Origin: an uncultured Chloroflexia bacterium
GTDB taxonomy: Bacteria > Chloroflexota > Limnocylindria > Limnocylindrales > CSP1-4
Direction of reading: 5' to 3'
Assembly (NCBI GenBank): GCA_963819655.1
Contig: CAWFXA010000002.1
Location: 1,248,001-1,312,000, forward strand
DNA: 64,000 nt
The notes below the pieces were generated by a model. The model was not told the DNA's origin and ran no database searches. It was given only the letters and a program-made list of their open reading frames with translations. This document shows positions 10,144 through 19,035 of this stretch, piece after piece. Position numbers and translations under genes: made by a program. Numbering within the stretch: the stretch's first letter is position 1; the number at the start of each line of letters is the position of its first letter.

Positions 10144-10263
10144 GTCGCTCACACGCACACCTTTTCGACGAACGAGCACGGGCCGTCGGCCCAGGCGCAG
10201 GTCAGCCGTCGACTGGGCGGATGGCCATGATCGTTTCGCTCGTCACGGGTGTGCTACAGCGAC
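10144..10263. other. Long imperfect intergenic hairpin (ncRNA or REP-like element candidate)
   Basis: Five nested complementary pairs: GTCGCT/AGCGAC, GCACACC/GGTGTGC, GACGA/TCGTC, GGCCGTC/GATGGCC, GCCCAG/CTGGGC. Confidence 0.6.
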
Positions 10264-10323
10264 ATCGCGGGCGCGCTGACTGCCCGGTGTCGGCCACTGC
10301 GCGTCCCGCGTACCATCGCGGCC

Positions 10324-12340
10324 ATGCCCCGCCGCGCCGCCCGCACCGATCCGCCGCCCGACGCCCGCCGCGAGGCCGAGCTGGCCGTCGAGGAGCCGGA
10401 CATCGAGGGGCCGGCGACGGGCGCCGACGACCCCGACCTCGAACCCGCCGACCTCGAACCCGCCGACCTTGACCTTGCCGACGCTGACCTGCGGCCGGAC
10501 GACGAGGACGACGAGCCCGACCGCCAGCTGACGAACGGCGACCTCGCGCGGATCTTCCACGACATCGGCGACATGCTCGAGGTCAAGGGCGAGCTGTCGT
10601 TCAAGACCGTCGCCTATCACCGCGCCGCGGACGCGATCGGGCGCAGCCCGGTCGACCTCGTCGCGGCCTACCGCGACGGCCAGGCACCCAAGATCCCCGG
10701 CGTCGGGCCGCGATCAGCGACAAGATCGCCGAGTTCGCCACGACCGGCCGGATGGCCTACTACGACAAGCTCGTCGCTGAGGTGCCGCCGAGCCTCGTCG
10801 ATCTGCTCCGCATCCCGGGTCTCGGTCCGAAGACCGTCCGCCAGATCTGGAAGGACCTCGGGATCGTGACGATCGACGACCTCCGCAGGGCCGCCGAAGC
10901 CGGCACGCTGCGCGAGCTGCGGGGCCTCTCCGAGCGGACCGAGCAGCTCATCCTCGAGGGGATCGCGCGTCTCGAATCCACGCCCGCGGCGCATGCTCCT
11001 CCACCGGGCGGAAGTCATCGATCCTCGGCCTGATGGAGGCCCTGACGGAGGCACCCGGCCTGCGCTCGATCGAGCCCGCCGGCTCGTTCCGGCGCCGTCG
11101 CGAGACGATCGGCGACCTCGACCTGCTCGCCGAGACCGACGACGGCCCCGGGCTCGATCGAGCGGTTCACGACGCTCGGGCATCGTGGACCAGGTCGCTC
11201 AACAAGGGCGGCTACAAGGCGGCCGTCCAGCTGCTGCGCGGCCCGCAGGTCGACCTGATGGTCATGCCGCCCGGCGAGGCCGGCACGTACCTCATCCACT
11301 TCACCGGCTCGAAGGAGCACAACGTCCGGCTCCGCGAGCGCGCCCGCGACCAGGGCTGGAGCCTGTCGGAGAAGGGCTTCCTGCGGATCGGCGAGGACGG
11401 CGAGCCGCTGACCGGCGACGCCGCCGAGCTGCGGACGTTCGCCACGGAGGAGGAGGCGTACGCGTTCCTCGACCTGCCGTTCATCGAGCCCGAGCTGCGC
11501 GAGGACGAGGGCGAGATCGAGGCGGCGCTCGCCGGCACGCTCCCGCACGCTCATCACGCTCGCCGACCTGCGCGGCGACCTCCACAGCCACTCGGACTGG
11601 TCCGACGGCGACGCACGCGATCGAGGTCATGGCCGAGACCGCGCGCCGTCGCGGCTACGCCTACCAGGTCCTGACCGACCACTCGCCAGTCGCTGGCCAT
11701 CGCCCGCGGCCTGGCGCCCGATCGGGTCGAGCAGCAGCGGGCGATCATCGCCGCGCTCAACGCGCGCTTCGCGGCGGAGGAGGCGGACGGCACCGCGCCG
11801 CCCGAGACGCCGCCCGAGGGCTTCCGACTGCTCCACGGCTGCGAGCTCGAGGTCCGCGCCGATGGCGCCCTCGACTACGACGACGAGCTGCTCGCGCGGT
11901 TCGACCTCGTCGTCGCGTCGGTCCACGTCGTCGCGCCGCCAGCCGCGCGCCGAGCTGACGCGGCGGACGCTCAACGCGATCCGCAGCCCCGCACGTCGAC
12001 GTCATCGCCCACCCGTCCGGCCGGATGATCGGGACGCGCGACGACCTCGACCTCGACTGGGACGCGGTCTACGCCGAGGCGGCGCGGACCGGCACGGCGC
12101 TCGAGATGAACGGGTCGCCCCACCGGCTCGACCTCGCGGTCGAGCGCGCGCGGCGGGCGGTCGAGGCTGGGCTGCGTGCTGTCGATCGACTCCGACGCGC
12201 ACAAGATCGCCGAGCTCGACTACCTGCGCTGGGGCATCACCCAGGCACGCCGGGCGTGGGTCGAGCCGGCACGCGTCCTCAACACGCGCTCCCGGGCCGA
12301 CCTCCTCGCCTGGGTCGCGGACAAGCCGGAGCGGGTGTGA
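10324..12340 (+). CDS. polX: DNA polymerase X / PHP 3'-5' exonuclease (split by several frameshifts, probably sequence errors)
   Basis: Fragments in successive frames: NGDLARIF..AYHRAA, IPGLGPKTV, AGSFRRRRETIGDLDLL, HFTGSKEHNVRLR, FIEPELRE, then PHP motifs DLHSHSDWSDG, TDHS, AHPSGR, DSDAH; TGA at 12338-12340. Confidence 0.88.
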
Positions 12341-12369
12341 GCGCGATCGCCTCGCGTACCATCGCGGCG

Positions 12370-13207
12370 ATGCAGGACGACCGAGCCGGCCGCCGCGACC
12401 TCGCGCTCGCCGCGGTCACGATCGTCGGGCTGTCGCGCCTGATCGAGCCGCCGGGCGTCTGGTTCGTCGCGATCTTCCTGCTCGGCGCGATGCTCCTCGG
12501 CACGCTGCAGGTCCTCGGCGACGAGGCCGCGCGACACGGACAGCCACGCGCTCGGCGTCCCGATCGAGTCGCTCATCCTGCCCGCCGTGGCCGCCGTCGC
12601 CTGCCTCGGCGCGATCCGTCTCGTGCCGTTCGGGCTCGGACTGGTCCCGGCGCTCGCGCGTGACCGGCTTCATCGTGGAGCGCTGACCTCGCGCTCGAGG
12701 CGCGCATCCTCGCCTCGCCGGCCGGCCTCGACGACGACGGTCGCACCGCGGTCCTGGTCACGACGCTGGTCGTCGCGTTCCTCGCGTTCGTCGGCGTCGC
12801 CGCGACCGTGCCGGGCGGGCTCGCCCAGCCCGGGCGCGAGCGGCGCGGCCGGTCTGCCGCTGCCGCGACGCGAGCTGCTGGTCCTCGCCGCCGGCGATGC
12901 CGTCGTCGCGTTCCTGCTCGGGTACCGGGCGGCCGCGCTCCGCGTGACGAGCCTGCGCGACGCGCTGTGGTCCGCGGCGACGTACGCGATCGCGATCGCG
13001 ATCGGCGGCCGCGGCGCTCCGGGCGATCGCAGATCCCGCGGCTGATCGGCCCGGCCCTGCTGACGCTGACGTTCTACCTGTGGGACGCGTTCCACGCGGC
13101 GACGCCGTCCCGCCGGCGGGACGTCCGCTGGCTCTGGCAGACGTCGCTGCTCGGCGGTCCTCGGGCTCGTCGTGATCGGCTGGAACCTGCATGCATCCGG
13201 GACGTAG
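12370..13207 (+). CDS. Multi-pass membrane protein of unknown function (frameshifted)
   Basis: Hydrophobic segments spread over several frames (LALAAVTIVGLS.., VAAVACLGAIRLVPFGLG.., LIGPALLTLTFYLW..); TACCAT -10 box 7 nt before ATG 12370. Confidence 0.6.
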
Positions 13208-13231
13208 GCGGCGGCCGCAGTCGCCGGCCGT

Positions 13232-13261
13232 TTGACGGCACGGCCATCGCGGTGCTAGAAA
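13232..13261 (+). promoter_or_regulatory. Sigma70-type promoter candidate for the TPR gene
   Basis: TTGACG-18 nt-TAGAAA with extended TGn. Confidence 0.4.
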
Positions 13262-13358
13262 GCGATGCCCGCAGCACCGTGCACCGCCGCCGGACTCCGA
13301 TCGGAGCCTGCCCCTGACGCCGCACGGCTCATCGCGCCCCCGAAAGGACGACCCGCCC

Positions 13359-14218
13359 GTGACCTTCCCCGACGTCGAGACGACCGCCCAGAGTCCCGTC
13401 AACCTGACCCGGACCAAGCGCCAGCTGGCCGAGCAGGCCATCGCCCAGGCCACCGCCGCGCAGTGGGCGGAGGCGGCCGACGACCAACCGCAAGCTGCTC
13501 GAGCTCGGCCCGGACGCCGAGGCGGAGAACCGCCTGGCCAAGGCGCTCTGGGAGCTCGGCCTGCTCGCCGAGGCGCGCGAGCACTACCAGACGGCGCTCG
13601 CGCTCGATCCGACGAACCGGATCGCCGAGCGCAACATCGACCGGCTCAAGGTCCTCCTCATCGCCGCCGGCGAGCAAGACCGTCCCGGCGCAGGAGGGCA
13701 GCAAGGCCCCGGTCAGCATCTTCGTCGAGGAGACCGGCAAGACCGGGTTCGCCTTCCTGACCGACCTCGCCACCCCCAAGGAGCTGGCCCAGGTCAACCC
13801 GGGCGACGCCGTCGAGCTGACGCCCGAGGGCAACCGGCTCATCGCGTTCAGCAACGGGATGCGCATCGGCGTCGTCGAGCCGCGCGTCGCGGCCCGCCTG
13901 CTCAAGCTCATCGCCGACGGCAACAAGTACGCGGCCGGCGTCACGAGCCTCGGCGACAAGGACGTCCGGCTGATCATCCGCGAGATCTTCCAGGACCCGC
14001 GCAACTACGGCAAGGTCAGCTTCCCGACCGCGGCCAAGTCGACCGACCTGCGGCCGTACACGAAGGGCACCCTCGTCCGCGAGGAGATGGAGCTCGAGGA
14101 GGACCTCGAGGACGACGAGGAGGACGAGGAGATCGAGGACCTCGATCGCGTCCTGCCGCCGGAGTCGACCACGGACGAGGCGTTCGAAGAGGAGCCGGAC
14201 GAGCTCGACGAGGCCTGA
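13359..14218 (+). CDS. TPR protein with HIRAN-like domain and acidic tail (two frameshifts)
   Basis: Joined frames give AENRLAKALWELGLLAEAREHYQTALALDPTNRIA (TPR), then FVEETGKT..GDAVELTPEGNRL..RIGVVEPRVAARLLKLIADGNKY, and an E/D-rich C-terminus. Confidence 0.75.
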
Positions 14219-14298
14219 TCCTCGTCGCCGGGACCGGCGGGCGGGAATGTCCGCCCCCGGTCAGCGGCTCTTCCCATGTGGTCTAGCATCGTGCCGAG

Positions 14299-17112
14299 AT
14301 GACGGTCCGCGTCCACACCTCGCGCGCCGATGTCGGCGGGAACCTGCCCGTCTTCGAGCGCCTCGCACCGGCGCCGCCGCCCGCCCTGCTCGCCGCCCGG
14401 ATCGAGGCCCACACCGGGCCCGGTGACGTCGTCGCCGACCTCGCGGGCCGCGGCGGCTGGGTGGCCCGGGCGGCCGTCGATCGCCAGCGCCGCGCCGTCT
14501 CGATCGAGTCGAGCCCGCTGACGCGGATGCTCGCCGAGGTCGTCCTGCGCCCGCCGGACGTGCGTCACCTCGACGCCGCGTTCCAGGGGATGTCCGCGTC
14601 GCCGCGCGGCGAGTCGAGCCTCAAGGTCTCGATCGGCGACCTGTTCTCGACGCGCTGTTCGACCTGCGGCCGGATCCTCGTCGCCGACGAGTTCACCTGG
14701 TCGAACGAGGCCGACGGCCCGCCCCGACCGATCGCGCGCCACTATCGCTGCACGGTCTGTCGCGACATGCGCGGCGGGACGGAGGCGCGCCACGGCGAGC
14801 TCGAGCCCGACGACCTCGCGCGAGCGCTGAACGACACGGAGGGCGCCACGGCGCGCGCCTGGGCACGCGACCGCTTCCCCGTGGTCGACGGCGCGCCCGA
14901 CCTCGTCGACGAGCTGCTCGACCTCCACACGCCCCGCCAGCTCGTGGCACTGACCGCGATCATGGATCGGATCGAGGCCGACCTGCGGGCCGCCCCGGTG
15001 CTCGCGGCGCTCCGCCTCGCGCTCCTCCATACGCTCATCCCGTCGAGCCGGCTCGCGACCGGCGCCGGCCGCGGTGGCGCGTTGCGGGTCGCGGGCGGAC
15101 ACGTCCGGCTGCCGGCCGCGACCCAGTGGCGCGAGCGCAACCCGTGGCTGGCGTTCGAGGAAGGGTTCCGGACAGTCCGCGGCTTCGTCCAGCATCTCGA
15201 GGGCGGTGCGCTGGGTCCGCTCCAGGCGCGGCTCGGCGAGGACCTGCAGGCGCTCGCCGAGGGATCCGCGACCGCCGTCCTGACGATCGCCAGCCCGTCC
15301 GCTGTGCGTGCGCTCAGCGACGGCGACGGCTTTGGCCGGGCAGCCGGATCCACACCGTCCGTCCGTCTGGTCCTCGGCCAACCGCCGATGCGTCCGAGCC
15401 TGGACCGCCTCGCCGTCGCCTACCACGGGACGGCATGGACGCTGGGCCGCGAGGCCGCTGCCCTGCTTCCGATCGACGCTCTCGCCGACGCGTCGCTGCG
15501 TGCCCCGTGGTCGTGGCAGGCTGTCACGATCGGCCGCGCGCTGGCGGCGGTGGAACCGTCGATGGCCAGGGACGGGCGGGTCGTCCAGCTGGTCGACGGC
15601 GGGGCCGAGTCGCTCGCGGCGGTGGCGATCGGCGCGGCGTCGGCAGGCTACCGCGTGGTCGTCGCGCGACAGTCCGACCCGGATGACGTCGGTGCCGGCG
15701 TCATCGAGATGGTGCCACCCGGCGTCGCCGTGCCGACGGGGCCCCGGACGCGTGCGAACGTCGCCCTGCCGTACCCGTCCGCTGCGGCGCCCGATGTGGA
15801 CGTTGCCCCCGGACGCGGCCTGTTCGCACCGCCGGAGCGGTTCGATCAGCGACCGTTCTCGGCGAGCGATGCCGCCAAGGTCGTGACCGAGGCCGCCGTC
15901 GAGACGCTGCGGGCCCGCGGCGAACCCGCTCGCACCGAGCGGCTGTTCGGCGAGATCCTCGTCGGTCTCGACCGGTCGGGACACCTGCGCAGGCTGTCGA
16001 CCGGCGCCCGGCCCACGGAGACGCCGTCTCGCGCGGACGACGGCCGAGCACCGACGCCGCCCGCCCAGCTGGACCCGCCCGCCCGGCCGGAGTCGCCTGT
16101 CGAGCCCGACGCCCCACCCTCCGGCCCGGTCAATGGCCCGGTCGCGGGCGCGACCGCAGAGCAGGCCGAAGGCGCTGGCGGTCCGCCGGTCGCGACGCGG
16201 CGCGCGACGGCTGTGCCCGACGCCGCCCCGGACCCCGTCGAGCGCCTGCTGGCACTCATCCGCGACGAGCTCGCCCGACCCGACCAGCGCCGACTGACGG
16301 AGATCGAACCCGGTCGCTGGTGGCTGGCGGAACAATCCGATCGCGCTGCCGCCGCCCCGCCGCTCGCGGACCGCGTCGAGTGGGCGGTCTTCAGCCTCCT
16401 GTCGACGGCCGGGCCGCTGTCCGAGGCCGCGTTCTACGACCGCATCGCCACGCTGTTCACCGGGCACGACCTGCCAGACGAGACGCTCGTGCGAGCGTGT
16501 CTCGAGAGCTACCGCAGCCTGGCCAGCACTCCCGACCACCTCGTCACCGGCGACGACCTGCTCCGCCGCAGTCACGAGCACACCGAGCTGCTGGCAGCCA
16601 TCACCGAGGCGGGCCACCGGCTCGGGCTCCGGGTCTGGCTGGCCGAGCGCGAGCAGGCGCGCCGGCTGGGCCGAGGCCACCTCGGCGACATGCTCGACGA
16701 ACGCGAGCGCGGCGCCTACCTCGGGAGCATCGGCCGCGCCGTCGACGCGCTCGCGGAGGTCGATGCGATCTGGTACATCCGCGGCAAGGCCGCCCTGCTG
16801 TTCGAGGTGGAATGGACCGCGATGCTCGGCGAGCCGCTGCTGCGGCGGCACGCCCGGATCGGTGCGGACGAGCGCTTCGTCCGGTTCCTCGTGGTCGCCC
16901 CCGAGCGGACCGACCTGATCCGCCACAAGCTCGAACGGTCGCCGCTCCTCCGCGCCGCGATGGACGAGCACGGCTGGAACCTGATCAAGTGGGACCACCT
17001 GCGCACGTTCCTCTCGGCCGAGCGCCCCGACCTCGACGACCTCGAGCCGTTGCTCGGGCTCGATCCGGTGGTCGAGCGCGGCGGCGAGCAGATGCCGCTG
17101 TTCGGCGGCTGA
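14299..17112 (+). CDS. Degenerate DNA methyltransferase-like protein with Zn ribbon and C-terminal PD-(D/E)xK-like domain
   Basis: TGPGDVVADLAGRGG (motif I-like), CSTC/CTVC, VRLVLGQPPM (motif IV-like), EVDAIW..FEVEWT. Confidence 0.65.
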   Translation: MTVRVHTSRADVGGNLPVFERLAPAPPPALLAARIEAHTGPGDVVADLAGRGGWVARAAVDRQRRAVSIESSPLTRMLAEVVLRPPDVRHLDAAFQGMSASPRGESSLKVSIGDLFSTRCSTCGRILVADEFTWSNEADGPPRPIARHYRCTVCRDMRGGTEARHGELEPDDLARALNDTEGATARAWARDRFPVVDGAPDLVDELLDLHTPRQLVALTAIMDRIEADLRAAPVLAALRLALLHTLIPSSRLATGAGRGGALRVAGGHVRLPAATQWRERNPWLAFEEGFRTVRGFVQHLEGGALGPLQARLGEDLQALAEGSATAVLTIASPSAVRALSDGDGFGRAAGSTPSVRLVLGQPPMRPSLDRLAVAYHGTAWTLGREAAALLPIDALADASLRAPWSWQAVTIGRALAAVEPSMARDGRVVQLVDGGAESLAAVAIGAASAGYRVVVARQSDPDDVGAGVIEMVPPGVAVPTGPRTRANVALPYPSAAAPDVDVAPGRGLFAPPERFDQRPFSASDAAKVVTEAAVETLRARGEPARTERLFGEILVGLDRSGHLRRLSTGARPTETPSRADDGRAPTPPAQLDPPARPESPVEPDAPPSGPVNGPVAGATAEQAEGAGGPPVATRRATAVPDAAPDPVERLLALIRDELARPDQRRLTEIEPGRWWLAEQSDRAAAAPPLADRVEWAVFSLLSTAGPLSEAAFYDRIATLFTGHDLPDETLVRACLESYRSLASTPDHLVTGDDLLRRSHEHTELLAAITEAGHRLGLRVWLAEREQARRLGRGHLGDMLDERERGAYLGSIGRAVDALAEVDAIWYIRGKAALLFEVEWTAMLGEPLLRRHARIGADERFVRFLVVAPERTDLIRHKLERSPLLRAAMDEHGWNLIKWDHLRTFLSAERPDLDDLEPLLGLDPVVERGGEQMPLFGG

Positions 17113-17172
17113 CCCGCGCGCCCGCTACCGTTTCCGCCATCCCCGATCGATCGCATCCGTGAGGCTCCTTTC

Positions 17173-18852
17173 GTGACCGACACGCCGTCCGCCGTGAACG
17201 ACCTAGCTCACCGGTTCTGGGAGGGCGTCCTCGAGCTCAACCCGACCACGGCAACCTTCTATGGCGATACGCGCTACGCCGACCGGCTCGAGGACCCGTC
17301 GCCAGAGGGGCGCGCCCGGACACGCGCGCTCATGGAGAGGACGGCGGCCGAGGCGGCAGCTATCCCGGTCGATGGGCTGTCGACCGAGGAGCGCATCACC
17401 CGCGACATGCTCCAGGTCATCGGTGAGCTCGGGGTCGAGGAGGACGACCACGGCCTCCACCAGCTGCGGGTCGTGGACCAGATGGGTGGTCCCCAGCAGC
17501 TGCTGCCGCAACTGACGGCCTTCCAGCCGGTCGACACCCCGGAGCACCTCGAGGCGTTCATCGGGCGGTTGCACGCGTATCCCGCGTTCATGGCCGCCAA
17601 CACCGACATCCTGCGCGAGGCGTTGGCCAGCGGGCTGACAGCGCCGTCGATCGTGACCGAGCGCGTCATCGCCCAGCTCGAACGGATGCTGGCGATCCCG
17701 ATCGAGTCGGCCATCGTGCCGGGCTCGGTCCAGGGCGCCAGCGATGCCGATCGCGAACGGATCCGCGAGATCGTCCGTGACGAGATCTATCCGGCGGATG
17801 CGGCGTTCCTGGAGGCCATCCGCGGGGAGTACCGGCACGCGAGTCGCGAGGAGCCGGGCATCTGGTCTGCCCCGAACGGCGACGCCATCTATCGGACCGC
17901 GATCCGGGGCTGGACGACGCTCGAGATGGACCCGACGGAGATCCACAGCATCGGGCTGGATGAGCTCGCCGGGATCGACGACGAGCGCCGCACGATCGCC
18001 CGCTCCGCCGGGTTCGGCGACGACGTCGTCGCCTATCGCGCATCGCTCGACGACGCGCCGGGCAATACGCCGCGCTCGAAGGACGAGCTGGTCGCGCGCG
18101 CTCGCGAGGACATCGATCGCGCGATGGCCGAGGCGCCACGGTACTTCGGCAGATTGCCAATGGCCGGCCTCCAGGTGCGGCCGGTCGAGGAATACAAGGA
18201 GAAGGACGCCCCGTTCGCGTACTACTACCCGCCCTCGGCGACGGGCGACCGGGACGGCATCTACTACGCGAACGGCTACGACCTTCCTTCGCGCAAGTAC
18301 ACGAAGCTCGCCTCGACGACGTACCACGAGGCCGCCCCCGGCCACCACTTCCAGATCGCTCTCGAGATGGAGAACCCCGACCTGATCACGTTCCGGCGCC
18401 TCGGCGCGCGGATGGTCGGTGGGGCGTATGTCGAGGGCTGGGGCCTGTACAGCGAGCGCCTCGCGGATGAGATGGGGCTGTACCGATCGGAGGCGGAGCG
18501 GTTCGGCATGCTCGACGCGCAGGCCTGGCGCGCGGCGCGGCTCGTCGTCGACACGGGCATGCATGCGCTTCGTTGGGAGCGCCAACGCTCGATCGACTTC
18601 CTGCGCAACGACGCCGGCCTGTCCGAGACGGACGCGGTCATCGAGACCGACCGCTACATCTGCTGGCCGGGTCAGGCGCTCACGTACATGCTCGGCCAGC
18701 GCCAGATCCAGGCACTGCGGCGCCAGATCGCGGCCCGCGACGGGTCGCGCTTCGACCTGCGCGAGTTCCACGACCAGGTGCTCGGGCACGGGTCATTGCC
18801 ACTGGCGACTCTCGCTCGCGAGCTGCCGACCTGGGTCACCGCGCCGGCCTGA
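17173..18852 (+). CDS. DUF885 family protein (zincin-like)
   Basis: YHEAAPGHHFQ, YVEGWGLYSE, RAARLVVDTGMH, RYICWPGQALTY. Confidence 0.93.
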   Translation: MTDTPSAVNDLAHRFWEGVLELNPTTATFYGDTRYADRLEDPSPEGRARTRALMERTAAEAAAIPVDGLSTEERITRDMLQVIGELGVEEDDHGLHQLRVVDQMGGPQQLLPQLTAFQPVDTPEHLEAFIGRLHAYPAFMAANTDILREALASGLTAPSIVTERVIAQLERMLAIPIESAIVPGSVQGASDADRERIREIVRDEIYPADAAFLEAIRGEYRHASREEPGIWSAPNGDAIYRTAIRGWTTLEMDPTEIHSIGLDELAGIDDERRTIARSAGFGDDVVAYRASLDDAPGNTPRSKDELVARAREDIDRAMAEAPRYFGRLPMAGLQVRPVEEYKEKDAPFAYYYPPSATGDRDGIYYANGYDLPSRKYTKLASTTYHEAAPGHHFQIALEMENPDLITFRRLGARMVGGAYVEGWGLYSERLADEMGLYRSEAERFGMLDAQAWRAARLVVDTGMHALRWERQRSIDFLRNDAGLSETDAVIETDRYICWPGQALTYMLGQRQIQALRRQIAARDGSRFDLREFHDQVLGHGSLPLATLARELPTWVTAPA

Positions 18853-19035
18853 CCCGGGCGCAGGCATCGCCGCCCTTCGCGGCGATCCTCGCGACATCCG
18901 ATTCCGTTGCGGCAGGGCACCACCTCGTGCGTCGTCCGGGCGGTTGCCGTTTGCGCTGCCGCCGGAGGGGCGGCACCATGGCAGACCCCAGCAGACCGCC
19001 CCTCATCGCCCCGCATCGCCAGGAGGAGGCCCGCC

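Noticed and set aside
10144-10263. SRP (4.5S) or 6S RNA
   Set aside because: No GGAA tetraloop or AGCAG domain IV motif; shorter than 6S and without a clear large central bubble.
14005-16998. Long antisense or alternative-frame ORFs (997 aa here; also 22298-24442, 36537-38390 and others)
   Set aside because: Shadow ORFs expected at about 70% GC; Arg/Pro/Gly-rich, no motifs, and overlapping well-supported genes.
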